NCBI GenBank assembly: GCA_963727625.1
Contig: CAVSHR010000005.1
Coordinates: 640,001 to 704,000, forward strand
Length of the DNA stretch: 64,000 nucleotides
Origin: an uncultured delta proteobacterium
GTDB lineage: Bacteria > Desulfobacterota > Binatia > UBA9968
Direction: 5' to 3'
Part shown: positions 1 through 9,468 of the stretch, in pieces
Layout of the letters: the number at the start of each line of letters is the position of its first letter
Numbering within the stretch: position 1 is the stretch's first letter
The notes under the pieces: model-generated
What the model was told of the DNA's origin: nothing
The model's database searches: none
What the model saw: only the letters and a program-made list of their open reading frames with translations
Program-made: the position numbers and the translations under genes

Positions 1-119
1 CAGGTATCCTCGGGCACCGACAGCATGATCGGCCGGCGCGGGTACATCGCTTTATCCATCATTGCCCACATCGCTTCGCCCTCGGAAATATGAGTGTCGG
101 CGTCAATGATTCCGTTCAT
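1..119 (-). CDS. Amidohydrolase family protein, N-terminus (runs off window start)
   Basis: Manual translation MNGIIDADTHISEGEAMW... with the IDxDxH metal motif; GAGGTG RBS upstream. Confidence 0.8.
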   Translation of the reverse strand, partial: MNGIIDADTHISEGEAMWAMMDKAMYPRRPIMLSVPEDT

Positions 120-140
120 AGTGCTCACCTCGATAAAAAC

Positions 141-407
141 TTAGATTCGAATGAAAACGCGCCGTAAGGACAAAAAGACTGCTCGCGCTGACTGAGTGAA
201 GCTCGGCGCCCAGCCGCGCCGCTGCGAGTCGTTGATGTCAGCCGCAGTGAAGATGCATTGAACTACCCCGGCTTCTTGATTATACGCCTCTTCGATCAGA
301 AAACTGTTGTCTTTGATCACGTCGATCGGCTGCTCCTCGGTGGCAAACCTCACGATCGGACAAAAACATGTGAGGATCGCCGCCAGCAAGACCCGTATCC
401 GTGTCAT
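141..407 (-). pseudogene. Truncated fragment of an exported/outer-membrane transporter-like protein
   Basis: Signal peptide followed by DNSFLIEEAYNQEAGVVQ, which I recall from the N-terminus of much longer beta-barrel transporter proteins; ORF ends after 88 aa. Confidence 0.5.
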
Positions 408-439
408 TTGCCTAGTGGCCCCCCCCTCCGGAAAATCAG

Positions 440-1387
440 TTAGGGAAGGTAGCGTAAATCGACCAATTGTTGGACGGTCAGGCCCCGCGCTTTGGGATTA
501 TCTTTGGCCAAGGCATCGAGCACAACTTCCATCCCCTTCACGGTTGGCTTGCCGTCGTCGGGGGTCGAACGCAGCGATCCGTCATAGACGAGCTCGCCCA
601 TCTGTCGACTCGGCAGCTTGCTCAGCGAAACGATTTTACTCACCGCTTCGCTGCGGTGGGTTTTGAAGTAACGCAACGATTCCAGATAAGCGCGCAAAAA
701 CGTCCGTAGGGTTTGCGGTTGGCTCTCTAAAAAATCCTCACGGACAACAAAATTGACATGGGGAAACTCGATGCCCTTCGCGATGAAATCGAGCAGGATC
801 CCGTAACCCATCTTCTGCGCCACGACCGCTTCCTCGGGACTCAGGACCGTTGCCTGTATCGCGCCCGATTTCATCGCCGCCAGGCGTGCCTGGGACCCGC
901 CGACCTGGATGATCTGAACTTCACCTGGGCTGAGCGCGAACTGATTGAGCGCCAACCGGACCACATACTCCGTGTTGCTGCCGAAACGGCTGATACCGAT
1001 TTTTTTGCCTTTGAGCTGTTCCGGCGCGCGAATGTTACCGCTCGCAACGAAGGTGTAGGGGAGCAAGTTGACCACTCCGCCGACGATTTTGATCTTGGCC
1101 CCCTGCAAGTAAGCGTTTACCACCGGCGGGCCGCCGGTTAACAGCAGCTCAAGACTCTTGCCGATTAAGGCCTGCAGCGACAGCGACCCGCCGGGGATGA
1201 AAATCATTTCCAGATTCAGATTATGCTTCTTAAAAATCCCGGCATCCTGCCCAAGGTAGATCGGCGCAGTCCCGCCAAATCCGTTAAACGCAATGCGCAG
1301 GTTGATCGTCTGCGCATTCGACCGACCACCTTGGCTGAGCACCGCCGCCAGCGCTAGCAGCGAAACGAAAGCGATTTTGAGTTTCAT
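440..1387 (-). CDS. ABC transporter substrate-binding protein, NMT1/THI5/SsuA-like
   Basis: Signal peptide; LKGKKIGISRFGS motif; 315 aa. Confidence 0.9.
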   Translation of the reverse strand: MKLKIAFVSLLALAAVLSQGGRSNAQTINLRIAFNGFGGTAPIYLGQDAGIFKKHNLNLEMIFIPGGSLSLQALIGKSLELLLTGGPPVVNAYLQGAKIKIVGGVVNLLPYTFVASGNIRAPEQLKGKKIGISRFGSNTEYVVRLALNQFALSPGEVQIIQVGGSQARLAAMKSGAIQATVLSPEEAVVAQKMGYGILLDFIAKGIEFPHVNFVVREDFLESQPQTLRTFLRAYLESLRYFKTHRSEAVSKIVSLSKLPSRQMGELVYDGSLRSTPDDGKPTVKGMEVVLDALAKDNPKARGLTVQQLVDLRYLP

Positions 1388-1460
1388 TCCTGTCCACCTT
1401 TGCGTCAGCGAGACTACGGTATGGTCCTAAACGACTGGAACGATTGAAACGGCTGGAACC

Positions 1461-2522
1461 TTACTTTTGATTCCACACCGAAACCGCCATGCGCAACTTG
1501 CCGTGTTCGAGGTCCGCCAACGCCTCGTTGATCTGATCGTAGCGGTAACTCTTCGTGATCAGGTTTTTCAACTCGATTCGCCCCAGTTTCGCCATCTGGA
1601 AAACTTCGTCGACGTCGTTGGCCTGGCGGCTCGACACGCCGGTGATGGTGATTTCGCGCGTGACGAAGTTACCGCTGCTGATCGTGAACGGCCCGCTGCC
1701 TAGGCCGCCGATGATCGTCGCCGTGCCGCCCGGCCGGGTCGCCTGGATGATCTGATCGGAGGTCTTCGGATTGCCGATCGCTTCGAAAGCCTTGTCCACC
1801 CCGCCGCCGGTGAGCTTGATCACCGCCTGCACCGGGTCATCCGCCGTCGCGTTGATCACATGCGTCGCGCCGAACTGCCGCGCCGCTTCCAGCTTATCGT
1901 CGGCGATATCGACCGCGACGATCGGGTAGGCGCCGAAGCATTTGAGAAACTGAATCGTATTGAGGCCGATGCCGCCGCAGCCGATCACCAGTGCCGAATC
2001 GCCTGGTTCTAAGCGCGCGCGATGCTTGACCGCGTTATAAGCCGTCGTCACCCGGCAACCGACCACGCTCGCCTCGTCCATCGACATGCCGTCGGGAATT
2101 TTGAACGCCATATACGCCGGTACGGCGACGTATTCGGCGAAGCCGCCGACGTTCCAACGCGTCACCACGCTGCCGTCGGTTTTCTTTAACGTCGGCGGCG
2201 CCGGCCGCCGCTCGCAGAGATTTTCTCGCGCGCTTAGGCAATAGCGGCAGCGGCCGCATTTATAGCGCATGCCGATGATCACCCGGTCGCCGATCTTGAA
2301 ATCCTTGCAATGCGCGCCGACCTGTTCGACCGTGCCGGCGACTTCGTGGCCGAGGATCGTCGGCGGGGCAAAACGATTTCGCCCTTCGTAAACCTTCAAA
2401 TCCGTGTGGCACACGCCGCAGGATGCAACCTTGATGAGCACGTCCTCGTCGTGCACCTCCGGCATGTCAAGCTCTTCGAATTTCAAGGGTTGGCGAGCTT
2501 CGTACAGTACGGCAGCTTTCAT
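1461..2522 (-). CDS. Zinc-dependent alcohol dehydrogenase (MDR family)
   Basis: CHTD, GHE, CGRCRYC structural Zn site, GCGGIG Rossmann motif. Confidence 0.93.
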   Translation of the reverse strand: MKAAVLYEARQPLKFEELDMPEVHDEDVLIKVASCGVCHTDLKVYEGRNRFAPPTILGHEVAGTVEQVGAHCKDFKIGDRVIIGMRYKCGRCRYCLSARENLCERRPAPPTLKKTDGSVVTRWNVGGFAEYVAVPAYMAFKIPDGMSMDEASVVGCRVTTAYNAVKHRARLEPGDSALVIGCGGIGLNTIQFLKCFGAYPIVAVDIADDKLEAARQFGATHVINATADDPVQAVIKLTGGGVDKAFEAIGNPKTSDQIIQATRPGGTATIIGGLGSGPFTISSGNFVTREITITGVSSRQANDVDEVFQMAKLGRIELKNLITKSYRYDQINEALADLEHGKLRMAVSVWNQK

Positions 2523-2725
2523 CGGAGTTCTTTCATCGACGAAATAAGTAAACGGGCAGTCACGCGGGTTGCCCAGAGTTTTTCATCGCTTTTACTTACG
2601 CCACTCGAGGCTTGGCCGTCAAGCGACTGGACGCGTTTGACGCGCAGTCTCGAGGGAGATAGTTTCGCGGGTAACGCCGCGTGAGAAACGAGTTGTCACG
2701 CAAAATTTTTGCAAGGAGCTGCATT

Positions 2726-3274
2726 ATGCCCAACAAGCCCGTTCCTCAAGAAGTCACCGTCGAGGCCAAATCAACGGCACTGCTCGTTCTGGACTTGAAC
2801 TGTCGCTGCGAAGATCCGAAGGAGCGCTGCTATCAACTGATCGAGCCGGTGGCCAAATTTTTAGACCGCGCCCGGCAAGCGAGCATGTTTATCCTGTATA
2901 CCGCCGCCGACCGCTACAAAGACACGTCGCAAGCGCGCATGCCCGCCGCTTTCAAGCAGCGCTCGGACGAACCGACGATTTTTCCGCCGGCCTTCGATAA
3001 ATTTTATAGCGGCGAGATGCAACCGATGCTTCAGCAACGAGGTATCAAGACGGTCATCTGCTGCGGCGCGTCGAGCAACCAGGCGGTTATGTACACGGCA
3101 ACCGCAGCGGTACGCCCGTTCGGCTACACCTGCGTGATCCCGGTGGACGGCCTGATCGCCCGCAGTGATTACGAGCACGAGTTTACCTTGCACCAGTTCA
3201 CGATCCTCCCCGGCGGTGCGGCGGAGAAGTTCCGGATAACGGAATTCGATAAAATAAAAATTATGGGAGGCTGA
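2726..3274 (+). CDS. Isochorismatase/cysteine hydrolase family protein
   Basis: TALLVLD, FDKFY, VICCGASSN motifs; AAGGAG RBS before ATG 2726. Confidence 0.85.
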   Translation: MPNKPVPQEVTVEAKSTALLVLDLNCRCEDPKERCYQLIEPVAKFLDRARQASMFILYTAADRYKDTSQARMPAAFKQRSDEPTIFPPAFDKFYSGEMQPMLQQRGIKTVICCGASSNQAVMYTATAAVRPFGYTCVIPVDGLIARSDYEHEFTLHQFTILPGGAAEKFRITEFDKIKIMGG

Positions 3275-3439
3275 ATCTCGGCTTATCGCGTAAACAGGAT
3301 GATGCTGCCGCTCTCTCGGCGCCCACGCTTGTAGCGCCGCCCGTATCTCGACGGCTGCCGCCTCCAGTGACGCACGGCACGGCCGGTGAATGGAGTTCTT
3401 CGGGAATCGAAGGCCAAACCTATCTCTTATAACAGCAGA

Positions 3440-4384
3440 ATGAAATTTGGTATTTTATTGCCGACCCGCGAAGCAGTCCTGTCCGGCCGGGCCGATCCGT
3501 CCGGCCTATTGCACATCGCCGATCGCGCCGAGGCTTTGGGCTATCATTCGGTCTGGGTGGGCGACAGCCTCACGGCCAGGCCGCGCATTGACGCGTTGAC
3601 CACGCTCGCCGCCGTCGGCGCCCGCACCCGCCGGGTGCGTCTGGGCACGGCGATCTTTTTAGCGGCGCTGCGCCATCCGGTCCTGCTCGCTTACCAACTT
3701 GCCAGCCTCGATTGGCTCACCGGCGGTCGGATCGACTTTGGCATCGGCTACGGCCGCGCCGGTGAGCCGTCGCAGGTGCATGAATTTGAAATCCTCGGCC
3801 TCGATCCCGGCGCGCGCATCAAGATGAGCGAAGAAGCGGTCCACATCATGCGCCGGCTTTGGCGCGAAAGTAATGTTTCATATGACGGCAAGTTCACCCG
3901 CTTCGAGCATGTCACTCTCGAACCCAAGCCGGCCCAGCCAGCCGGCGTGCCGATCTGGCTCGCGTCCAATGACGTCGAAACGGGACTTCGCCGCGTCGGG
4001 CGTTATGGCGACGCCTGGATCAACAACATCAAGAGCCCCCAGACCTATCGGCTTTGCTGGGAAAAGGTGTGCGCTTACGCCGCGCAAGCGGGCCGTGATC
4101 CGGATGCGATCGAGCCTGGAGCTTACTTGACCGTGGCTGCCGGAGACAAAAACGCTGTCGACGAGGGACAACGATTTCTCGCCGAGTACTACAATCGTTC
4201 CTACGAAGCCATCGTCAAAGCGCAGCTCTGCGTCACCGGCTCATGGGACGAAGTCATCGACCGCTTAGAGCTGTTTGGCGAAGCCGGCGCGCGCACCTTC
4301 GTCCTGCGCTTCGCCTCCCGCGACCAGTTGGGACAAGTCGAGGCCTGCGCCCAAGCGCTTGATCGCCGCGGCCTGCTGCGGTGA
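3440..4384 (+). CDS. LLM-class flavin-dependent oxidoreductase
   Basis: MKFGI start, AEALGYHSVWVGDS, TRRVRLGTA, GGRIDFGIG motifs. Confidence 0.92.
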   Translation: MKFGILLPTREAVLSGRADPSGLLHIADRAEALGYHSVWVGDSLTARPRIDALTTLAAVGARTRRVRLGTAIFLAALRHPVLLAYQLASLDWLTGGRIDFGIGYGRAGEPSQVHEFEILGLDPGARIKMSEEAVHIMRRLWRESNVSYDGKFTRFEHVTLEPKPAQPAGVPIWLASNDVETGLRRVGRYGDAWINNIKSPQTYRLCWEKVCAYAAQAGRDPDAIEPGAYLTVAAGDKNAVDEGQRFLAEYYNRSYEAIVKAQLCVTGSWDEVIDRLELFGEAGARTFVLRFASRDQLGQVEACAQALDRRGLLR

Positions 4385-4470
4385 CCCATACGCAAGAATT
4401 CGCCAAGACGCGTTTAAACCACCGCGGCGATCGGTCACGTCAAAGATGTGATTGAGTTTTTTTGGGGGAG

Positions 4471-4494
4471 GGGTGTCCCCTTTCGGGGACACCC
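4471..4494. terminator. GC-rich hairpin between convergent genes (possible terminator)
   Basis: GGGTGTCCCC-TTTC-GGGGACACCC perfect 10-bp stem; no U-tract directly 3' on either strand. Confidence 0.4.
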
Positions 4495-4591
4495 TGCGGT
4501 AATAGCCGCAAACTTGAACCGAGGAGGAGAGTCCAAATTTGCGCTTGGGAACATCGATCGCCGGTATCACACCGGCAAGCTGGGAAAACTT

Positions 4592-4792
4592 TTATCGCAT
4601 TCTGTTCATCGAGTACTGGAGCTTTTTTAACTCGCCTTGCAAGTACATATCTTTCAGCTCGTGACGATCCATATGGGCTTCAAGCAGCTCCGCCGGATAC
4701 ATCTTTGCGCCACAGCGGTGACAAACCACGGCGTGAAAGGTAGCCTTCTCATACTCGATGTCGTAAAATTTCTGAGTGGTTGCTGATTCCAT
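4592..4792 (-). CDS. Small C2H2 zinc-finger-like protein
   Basis: CHRCGAKMYPAELLEAHMDRH = C-x2-C-x12-H-x3-H; GAGGGA RBS before ATG 4792. Confidence 0.7.
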   Translation of the reverse strand: MESATTQKFYDIEYEKATFHAVVCHRCGAKMYPAELLEAHMDRHELKDMYLQGELKKLQYSMNRMR

Positions 4793-4840
4793 CTTGTCCC
4801 TCACTGTCGATCGATTGCAACTTGATGCTCGTTGTCTAAA

Positions 4841-4855
4841 GCAATCGGCATACCA
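4841..4855 (-). promoter_or_regulatory. Sigma54 (-24/-12) promoter for the zinc-finger gene
   Basis: Minus strand TGGTATGCCGATTGC = GG-N10-GC, about 50 bp upstream of the start. Confidence 0.65.
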
Positions 4856-5010
4856 ACTTTAGACAAATCTTTTGGGACCTGCCAAGCTGTTGATATTGTG
4901 GAAGATTCCTGTTTTCCAGAAAACCGATCGGGTTTTTTCTGGTCAGCATCAGCTGACTTCTGTTGTCAACGGTTTACATTTTTGTGCTTGAATAGATCAG
5001 GACCCCACCG

Positions 5011-6159
5011 ATGACATTGAGCCTTCAGAGCCAAACCGGGGTGCAATTTGCCGAAGCAAGCGCCGGCGATTTCAAAATCGGCTTCATTGCTCTGGACAAT
5101 CCTCGCGCCCTCAATGCTTTGACGTTAGTAATGTTTCAGGCCATGGAGCGCCAATTACTTCAATGGCTCAGGCGCGATGACCTTGCGTGCCTCGTGCTGC
5201 ACGGGACGTCGGATCGAGCTTTCTGTGCCGGCGGTGACGTCAAGACGCTGCTCGCGGCATTGACAAGCCGGACGGGAATACAAGCAGCGGCGAATTTTTT
5301 CACCAGCGAGTACTTCGTTGATTACCTCATTCACCGCTATCCTAAACCGATACTCTGTTGGGCAAATGGCATCACCATGGGCGGCGGCATCGGAATCATG
5401 AACGGGACATCGTTTCGCGTCGTCACCGAACGTACCCTGATGGCGATGCCCGAGATCGGTATCGGTCTGTTCCCCGATGTCGGCGGGACGTACTTTTTAA
5501 ACCGTATGCCCGAAGGAGTCGGCCTATTTCTCGGCTTGACTTCGGCGGGATTCACCGGCGCTGACGCCGTCGCCATCGGCATGGCGGATGGATTGATCGC
5601 GGCGACCAAGAAAGAAGACGTTTTCGACGGCCTATCGCAGCTAAATTGGTCAACCGACGGCACGCACAACCACAAAATGTTGCGCCGCTATCTGGAAACT
5701 TTCGCTGAGCCTGCCGCAAGCGCCGACGCGCCGATCATCAGGCGACTTCGACAGATTCAATCCCTGACCCGGAAACCCTCGATCGAGGAAATCGACGGCG
5801 CGATGCGCGAATGGCAAGGCGAAGACGCCTGGCTGAAAAACTGTATCGCCAACTATTTCGGCGGATCGCCGACTTCGGCCAAGGCGATCTTCGCACAACT
5901 CGCGGGCGGGAAACAGCTGTCGCTCAAGCAAGTTTTCCTACGCGAGTGGGACATGGCATTAAATTTCTGCTCCCGCTCGGATTTCCGCGAAGGGGTGCGC
6001 GCGCGCTTGATCGACAAAGATCAAAAACCGAAATGGAACCCACCCGCGCTCTCTGAAGTCAGCGACGGCGCGATAGCGCGACTGTTGTCGTCCGCCCATG
6101 GTCAGCCGCCTCATTTGCTACGCAAGTTTGACGAATTCGCGGTAAACGGCGCCAAGTGA
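5011..6159 (+). CDS. Enoyl-CoA hydratase/isomerase family, 3-hydroxyisobutyryl-CoA hydrolase-like
   Basis: RALNAL, AFCAGGDVK, GITMGGG, AMPEIGIGLFPDVGG, DFREGVRARLIDKD. Confidence 0.92.
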   Translation: MTLSLQSQTGVQFAEASAGDFKIGFIALDNPRALNALTLVMFQAMERQLLQWLRRDDLACLVLHGTSDRAFCAGGDVKTLLAALTSRTGIQAAANFFTSEYFVDYLIHRYPKPILCWANGITMGGGIGIMNGTSFRVVTERTLMAMPEIGIGLFPDVGGTYFLNRMPEGVGLFLGLTSAGFTGADAVAIGMADGLIAATKKEDVFDGLSQLNWSTDGTHNHKMLRRYLETFAEPAASADAPIIRRLRQIQSLTRKPSIEEIDGAMREWQGEDAWLKNCIANYFGGSPTSAKAIFAQLAGGKQLSLKQVFLREWDMALNFCSRSDFREGVRARLIDKDQKPKWNPPALSEVSDGAIARLLSSAHGQPPHLLRKFDEFAVNGAK

Positions 6160-6268
6160 CGCACCCAGTCCACGGCACTCGCTATTCAGTGCCGGCGAGC
6201 TCTTGACAGACCCGGACCAGCGCGCAATTCTACGGCCAGCAAATTTTCCGAATGAGAAGAAATCCGAT

Positions 6269-7243
6269 ATGAGTTTCGATCAACCGCTTGAAATCGAATT
6301 CCCGGTGATGCGCTACGATATCACCCTGCCGCTGCTGGAAGGCCGCGTGGCCGTCGACGGCGTCAAGTTAAAACCGGTCAAATCCTCTTCGATGATCAAC
6401 AAGGAAGATCCCAAGTTGAAAGCCGGTGACTTCGGCTTGATGGACCTCAACATCGGCTACCTCCTGCCGGCCATCGAAGCGGGCTGGGAAATCATCGGCC
6501 TGCCGGTCTTCTCCAAGCGCAAGCCGGTCTATCAGCTGATCTTTTGCCACGCCGATGCCGCCATCCGGGAGCCCAAAGATCTCGCCGGCAAGCGCATCGG
6601 CTCGCGCACTTACCGCACTGCGCTCACCGTGTGGGCCCGCGGCCTCTTGCGCGAACGCTACGGCGTCGACTTCTCGGCGGTGCGTTGGGTTCTCCAAGCG
6701 AAGGAAGTTTTCCCGGTGCACGACGCCAAGCTCAACGTTGAATATGTCGACGACGGCAAGAACATCTCCCAGCGGCTGATCGCCGGCGAGTTGGACGCCA
6801 TCATCACCGATATTTCCGACACCAAAATGTTCGAGAACCTTGAAAACAATCCCAAGGTAAAACGCTTGTTCCCCTATTGCCTCGAAGAAGATCAAAAGCT
6901 CTACCGCGACAGCGGCATCTTCACGCCGGTCCATATGATCGTCATGAGCCGCAAACTCGACCGCGAGCATCCCGAGCTCGCCGGCAAATTCTACGCCGCC
7001 TTCGAAAAGGCCAAAGCGATCGCCTACGACGATATCTTGAGCGACCGCGGCGGTTTCTCGGTCGTCTATTTGCGCGAGCGGATGAAGGAACAGATGAAGA
7101 CCTGGGGCGATCCGTGGAAATACGGCGTCAAAGCGAATCGCAGCACTGTGGATAAGTTTATCAGTTACAACGTCGAGCAAGGCATGATCGGCCAAGCGCC
7201 GTCCTACGAAGACATCTTCGCCGCCGGCACCCTCGACACTTGA
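6269..7243 (+). CDS. 4,5-dihydroxyphthalate decarboxylase-like protein (periplasmic-binding-protein fold, no signal peptide)
   Basis: YDITLPLLEGRV, PKDLAGKRIG, VWARGLL, GIFTPVHMIV, DPWKYGVKANR. Confidence 0.8.
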   Translation: MSFDQPLEIEFPVMRYDITLPLLEGRVAVDGVKLKPVKSSSMINKEDPKLKAGDFGLMDLNIGYLLPAIEAGWEIIGLPVFSKRKPVYQLIFCHADAAIREPKDLAGKRIGSRTYRTALTVWARGLLRERYGVDFSAVRWVLQAKEVFPVHDAKLNVEYVDDGKNISQRLIAGELDAIITDISDTKMFENLENNPKVKRLFPYCLEEDQKLYRDSGIFTPVHMIVMSRKLDREHPELAGKFYAAFEKAKAIAYDDILSDRGGFSVVYLRERMKEQMKTWGDPWKYGVKANRSTVDKFISYNVEQGMIGQAPSYEDIFAAGTLDT

Positions 7244-7330
7244 TTTTCTTCGACGGCTTGAACGATTTGAACGTTGATTAGATGGAACTTGAACTCTTGA
7301 ACTTTTGAACAAACCCGCAAGGAGCCCTGC

Positions 7331-8614
7331 ATGCTTTCCAAAGAAGACAATGAGTTGCTCACTCAAACAAATCCCGACACGCCCATGGGCAAGCTGATCC
7401 GATGCTACTGGGTTCCCGCGCTGCTGTCGCAGGAAATCCCGGCGGTGGATTGCCCGCCGGCCCGCGTCAAATTGTTGGGCGAAGAGTTGGTCGCCTTCCG
7501 CGACACCGAGGGACGGATCGGTCTTATCGGCGAGCACTGCGCTCACCGCGGCACCTCGCTTTTCTTCGGCCGCAACGAAGAGTGCGGATTGCGCTGCGTG
7601 TATCACGGCTGGAAATTTGACGTCGAAGGCAACATCGTCGACACGCCGGCCGAGCCTGCCGGCAGCGACTTCGGGAAAAAACTGCGCCACACGGCCTATC
7701 CGACCCATGAGGCCAACGGCATTATCTACGCCTATCTGGGGCCGCGCCAGCTCATGCCGCTGTTTCCCAATTATGAATGGACTCAAGTGCCGCTGGAAAA
7801 CAGCTACGTGACCAAGTGCCTGTTGGAGTGCAATTATCTCCAGGGGCTCGAAGGCGAGTGCGATTCATCGCATCTCTCCTTTCTCCATCGCGCCTTCACC
7901 AACGAGCGCAACCAGCCTCTCTACAAGAGCGACACCTCGCCGGTTTATGAGACCGAAGAGACCGACTTCGGCGTGCGCTTGATCGCCACGCGCAACACCG
8001 ATCACCAGCATTACGTGCGTTTCTCGGCCTTCGTCATGCCGGTGTACGGCTGCGTGCCGGCGGGCCGGCCGACCAATGAGATGGAAGGCTTCGAAATCCA
8101 CACCTACGTGCCCGCCGACGACACCCATTGCTGGCGCTACGACATCGGCTTTCGCCGCGACCGCGCCGTGCGCGACGACGAAGTGCACCGGCGCAAACAA
8201 ATCCATCCCGACTTCACCAAGGTGCGCAACGCGCGCAACAACTACCTGCAGGACCGCGCCATGCAGAAGACGGTCAACTTCACCGGCATCGAAGACTTTC
8301 TTAACCACGATGCCGCTGCCACCGAGAGCATGGGAGCGATCTTCGATCGCAGCAAAGAACATCTCGGCGTGAGCGACAAGGCGGTGATCGCCGTGCGCAA
8401 GTTTTTATTGACCACGGTGAAGGAGTTGCAAGAAGGCAAGGAGCCGCCCCACGTAGCGCGCGTGGCCGAGCAGAACTGGTTTCCGCATATCGATTGCTTC
8501 GCCCACCTGTTGCCGCGTGACATGCCCTGGCAGCAACACTTCAACTATCTGACCGCCAAAGCAGAAAGAGAAAACCCGGCGTCTTACCAGGCGCGGCGCA
8601 AAGCTGCGTCGTGA
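7331..8614 (+). CDS. Rieske 2Fe-2S aromatic ring-hydroxylating oxygenase, phthalate 4,5-dioxygenase/LigXa-like alpha subunit
   Basis: CAHRG...CVYHGW Rieske motif; EGECDSSHLSFLH mononuclear Fe motif; EHLGVSD. Confidence 0.92.
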   Translation: MLSKEDNELLTQTNPDTPMGKLIRCYWVPALLSQEIPAVDCPPARVKLLGEELVAFRDTEGRIGLIGEHCAHRGTSLFFGRNEECGLRCVYHGWKFDVEGNIVDTPAEPAGSDFGKKLRHTAYPTHEANGIIYAYLGPRQLMPLFPNYEWTQVPLENSYVTKCLLECNYLQGLEGECDSSHLSFLHRAFTNERNQPLYKSDTSPVYETEETDFGVRLIATRNTDHQHYVRFSAFVMPVYGCVPAGRPTNEMEGFEIHTYVPADDTHCWRYDIGFRRDRAVRDDEVHRRKQIHPDFTKVRNARNNYLQDRAMQKTVNFTGIEDFLNHDAAATESMGAIFDRSKEHLGVSDKAVIAVRKFLLTTVKELQEGKEPPHVARVAEQNWFPHIDCFAHLLPRDMPWQQHFNYLTAKAERENPASYQARRKAAS

Positions 8615-8670
8615 CACGAGCGCTTCACCCTTCAAGCGACTGACTCTAAACATCGAGAGGGAATTTTTCC

Positions 8671-9429
8671 ATGAGCAAATCTGACAGAGCCGTCGGCCAG
8701 CAAGACAAAAAATCGAGCAAAACAATCGAGCAAGAGCTCAACATCGCCGCGCAAATTCTCGACTGGGAGATCGGCGATATCTGGGGCCACGTCGGTTGCC
8801 GCCTGCCCGGTGACCGCGGCATCGCCGTGCGCATGTTTCGCCGGGCCGAGCAAAGCAAGAAGGACTGGCTGGTACATTTCGATTACGCGCTGCAAAAACT
8901 CTCGGGCGTCGGCACCATCCCGCGCGAGTCGGTCATCTATACGGAAATTTTCAAGGCCCGGCCCGATGTCAACGCGGCGGTGCACTGCCACGCCGCCATG
9001 TGTGTAGCTCTGAGCCTGGCGGACAAGCCGATCGATTGGGTGCATATGCAATCGTCGCGCTTCAAAGGCGGCACGCCGATCTTTCCTCGGCCGATTTACA
9101 TTTTGGACGAGTCCGAGGGCGCGGCCTTGGCAAAGTGCTTGGGCGACGCCTCCGCCGTCATGATCAAGGGACATGGCATCGTCACGGTGGGCGAGACTAT
9201 CGACGAGGCCTGCATGAACGCTCTCTACATGGAACGCACGGCCAAAATCATGGCCATCGCCCGCTTGCACGGTTACGCAGGACCCACCACGGATGCTATC
9301 GACACCCTGACGGAAAGCCGGAAAAAGCTATTTCGCCGGCCCAGAGACGAAATGTTCCACTCTGCCGAGTGGAACTACTATGCCGACAAGGTCAAGCGCG
9401 GCGAGCATTGGACCCGAGGCTGGAATTAA
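8671..9429 (+). CDS. Class II aldolase/adducin family protein
   Basis: WGHV, IFKARPDVNAAVHCH, MIKGHGIVTVG. Confidence 0.9.
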   Translation: MSKSDRAVGQQDKKSSKTIEQELNIAAQILDWEIGDIWGHVGCRLPGDRGIAVRMFRRAEQSKKDWLVHFDYALQKLSGVGTIPRESVIYTEIFKARPDVNAAVHCHAAMCVALSLADKPIDWVHMQSSRFKGGTPIFPRPIYILDESEGAALAKCLGDASAVMIKGHGIVTVGETIDEACMNALYMERTAKIMAIARLHGYAGPTTDAIDTLTESRKKLFRRPRDEMFHSAEWNYYADKVKRGEHWTRGWN

Positions 9430-9468
9430 GCAGATCATAGTACATAGAAGTAACCGGAGGAGCCTGCG

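Noticed and set aside
4471-4494. Second IS110 target site (contains TGTCCCCTTT)
   Set aside because: The left half does not match the GATAGCC guide; better explained as a simple hairpin.
6368-7786. Long antisense ORFs (also 26152-27078, 31008-32354, 43422-44450, 60286-61767)
   Set aside because: Shadow ORFs opposite well-supported genes in GC-rich DNA; no recognisable motifs.
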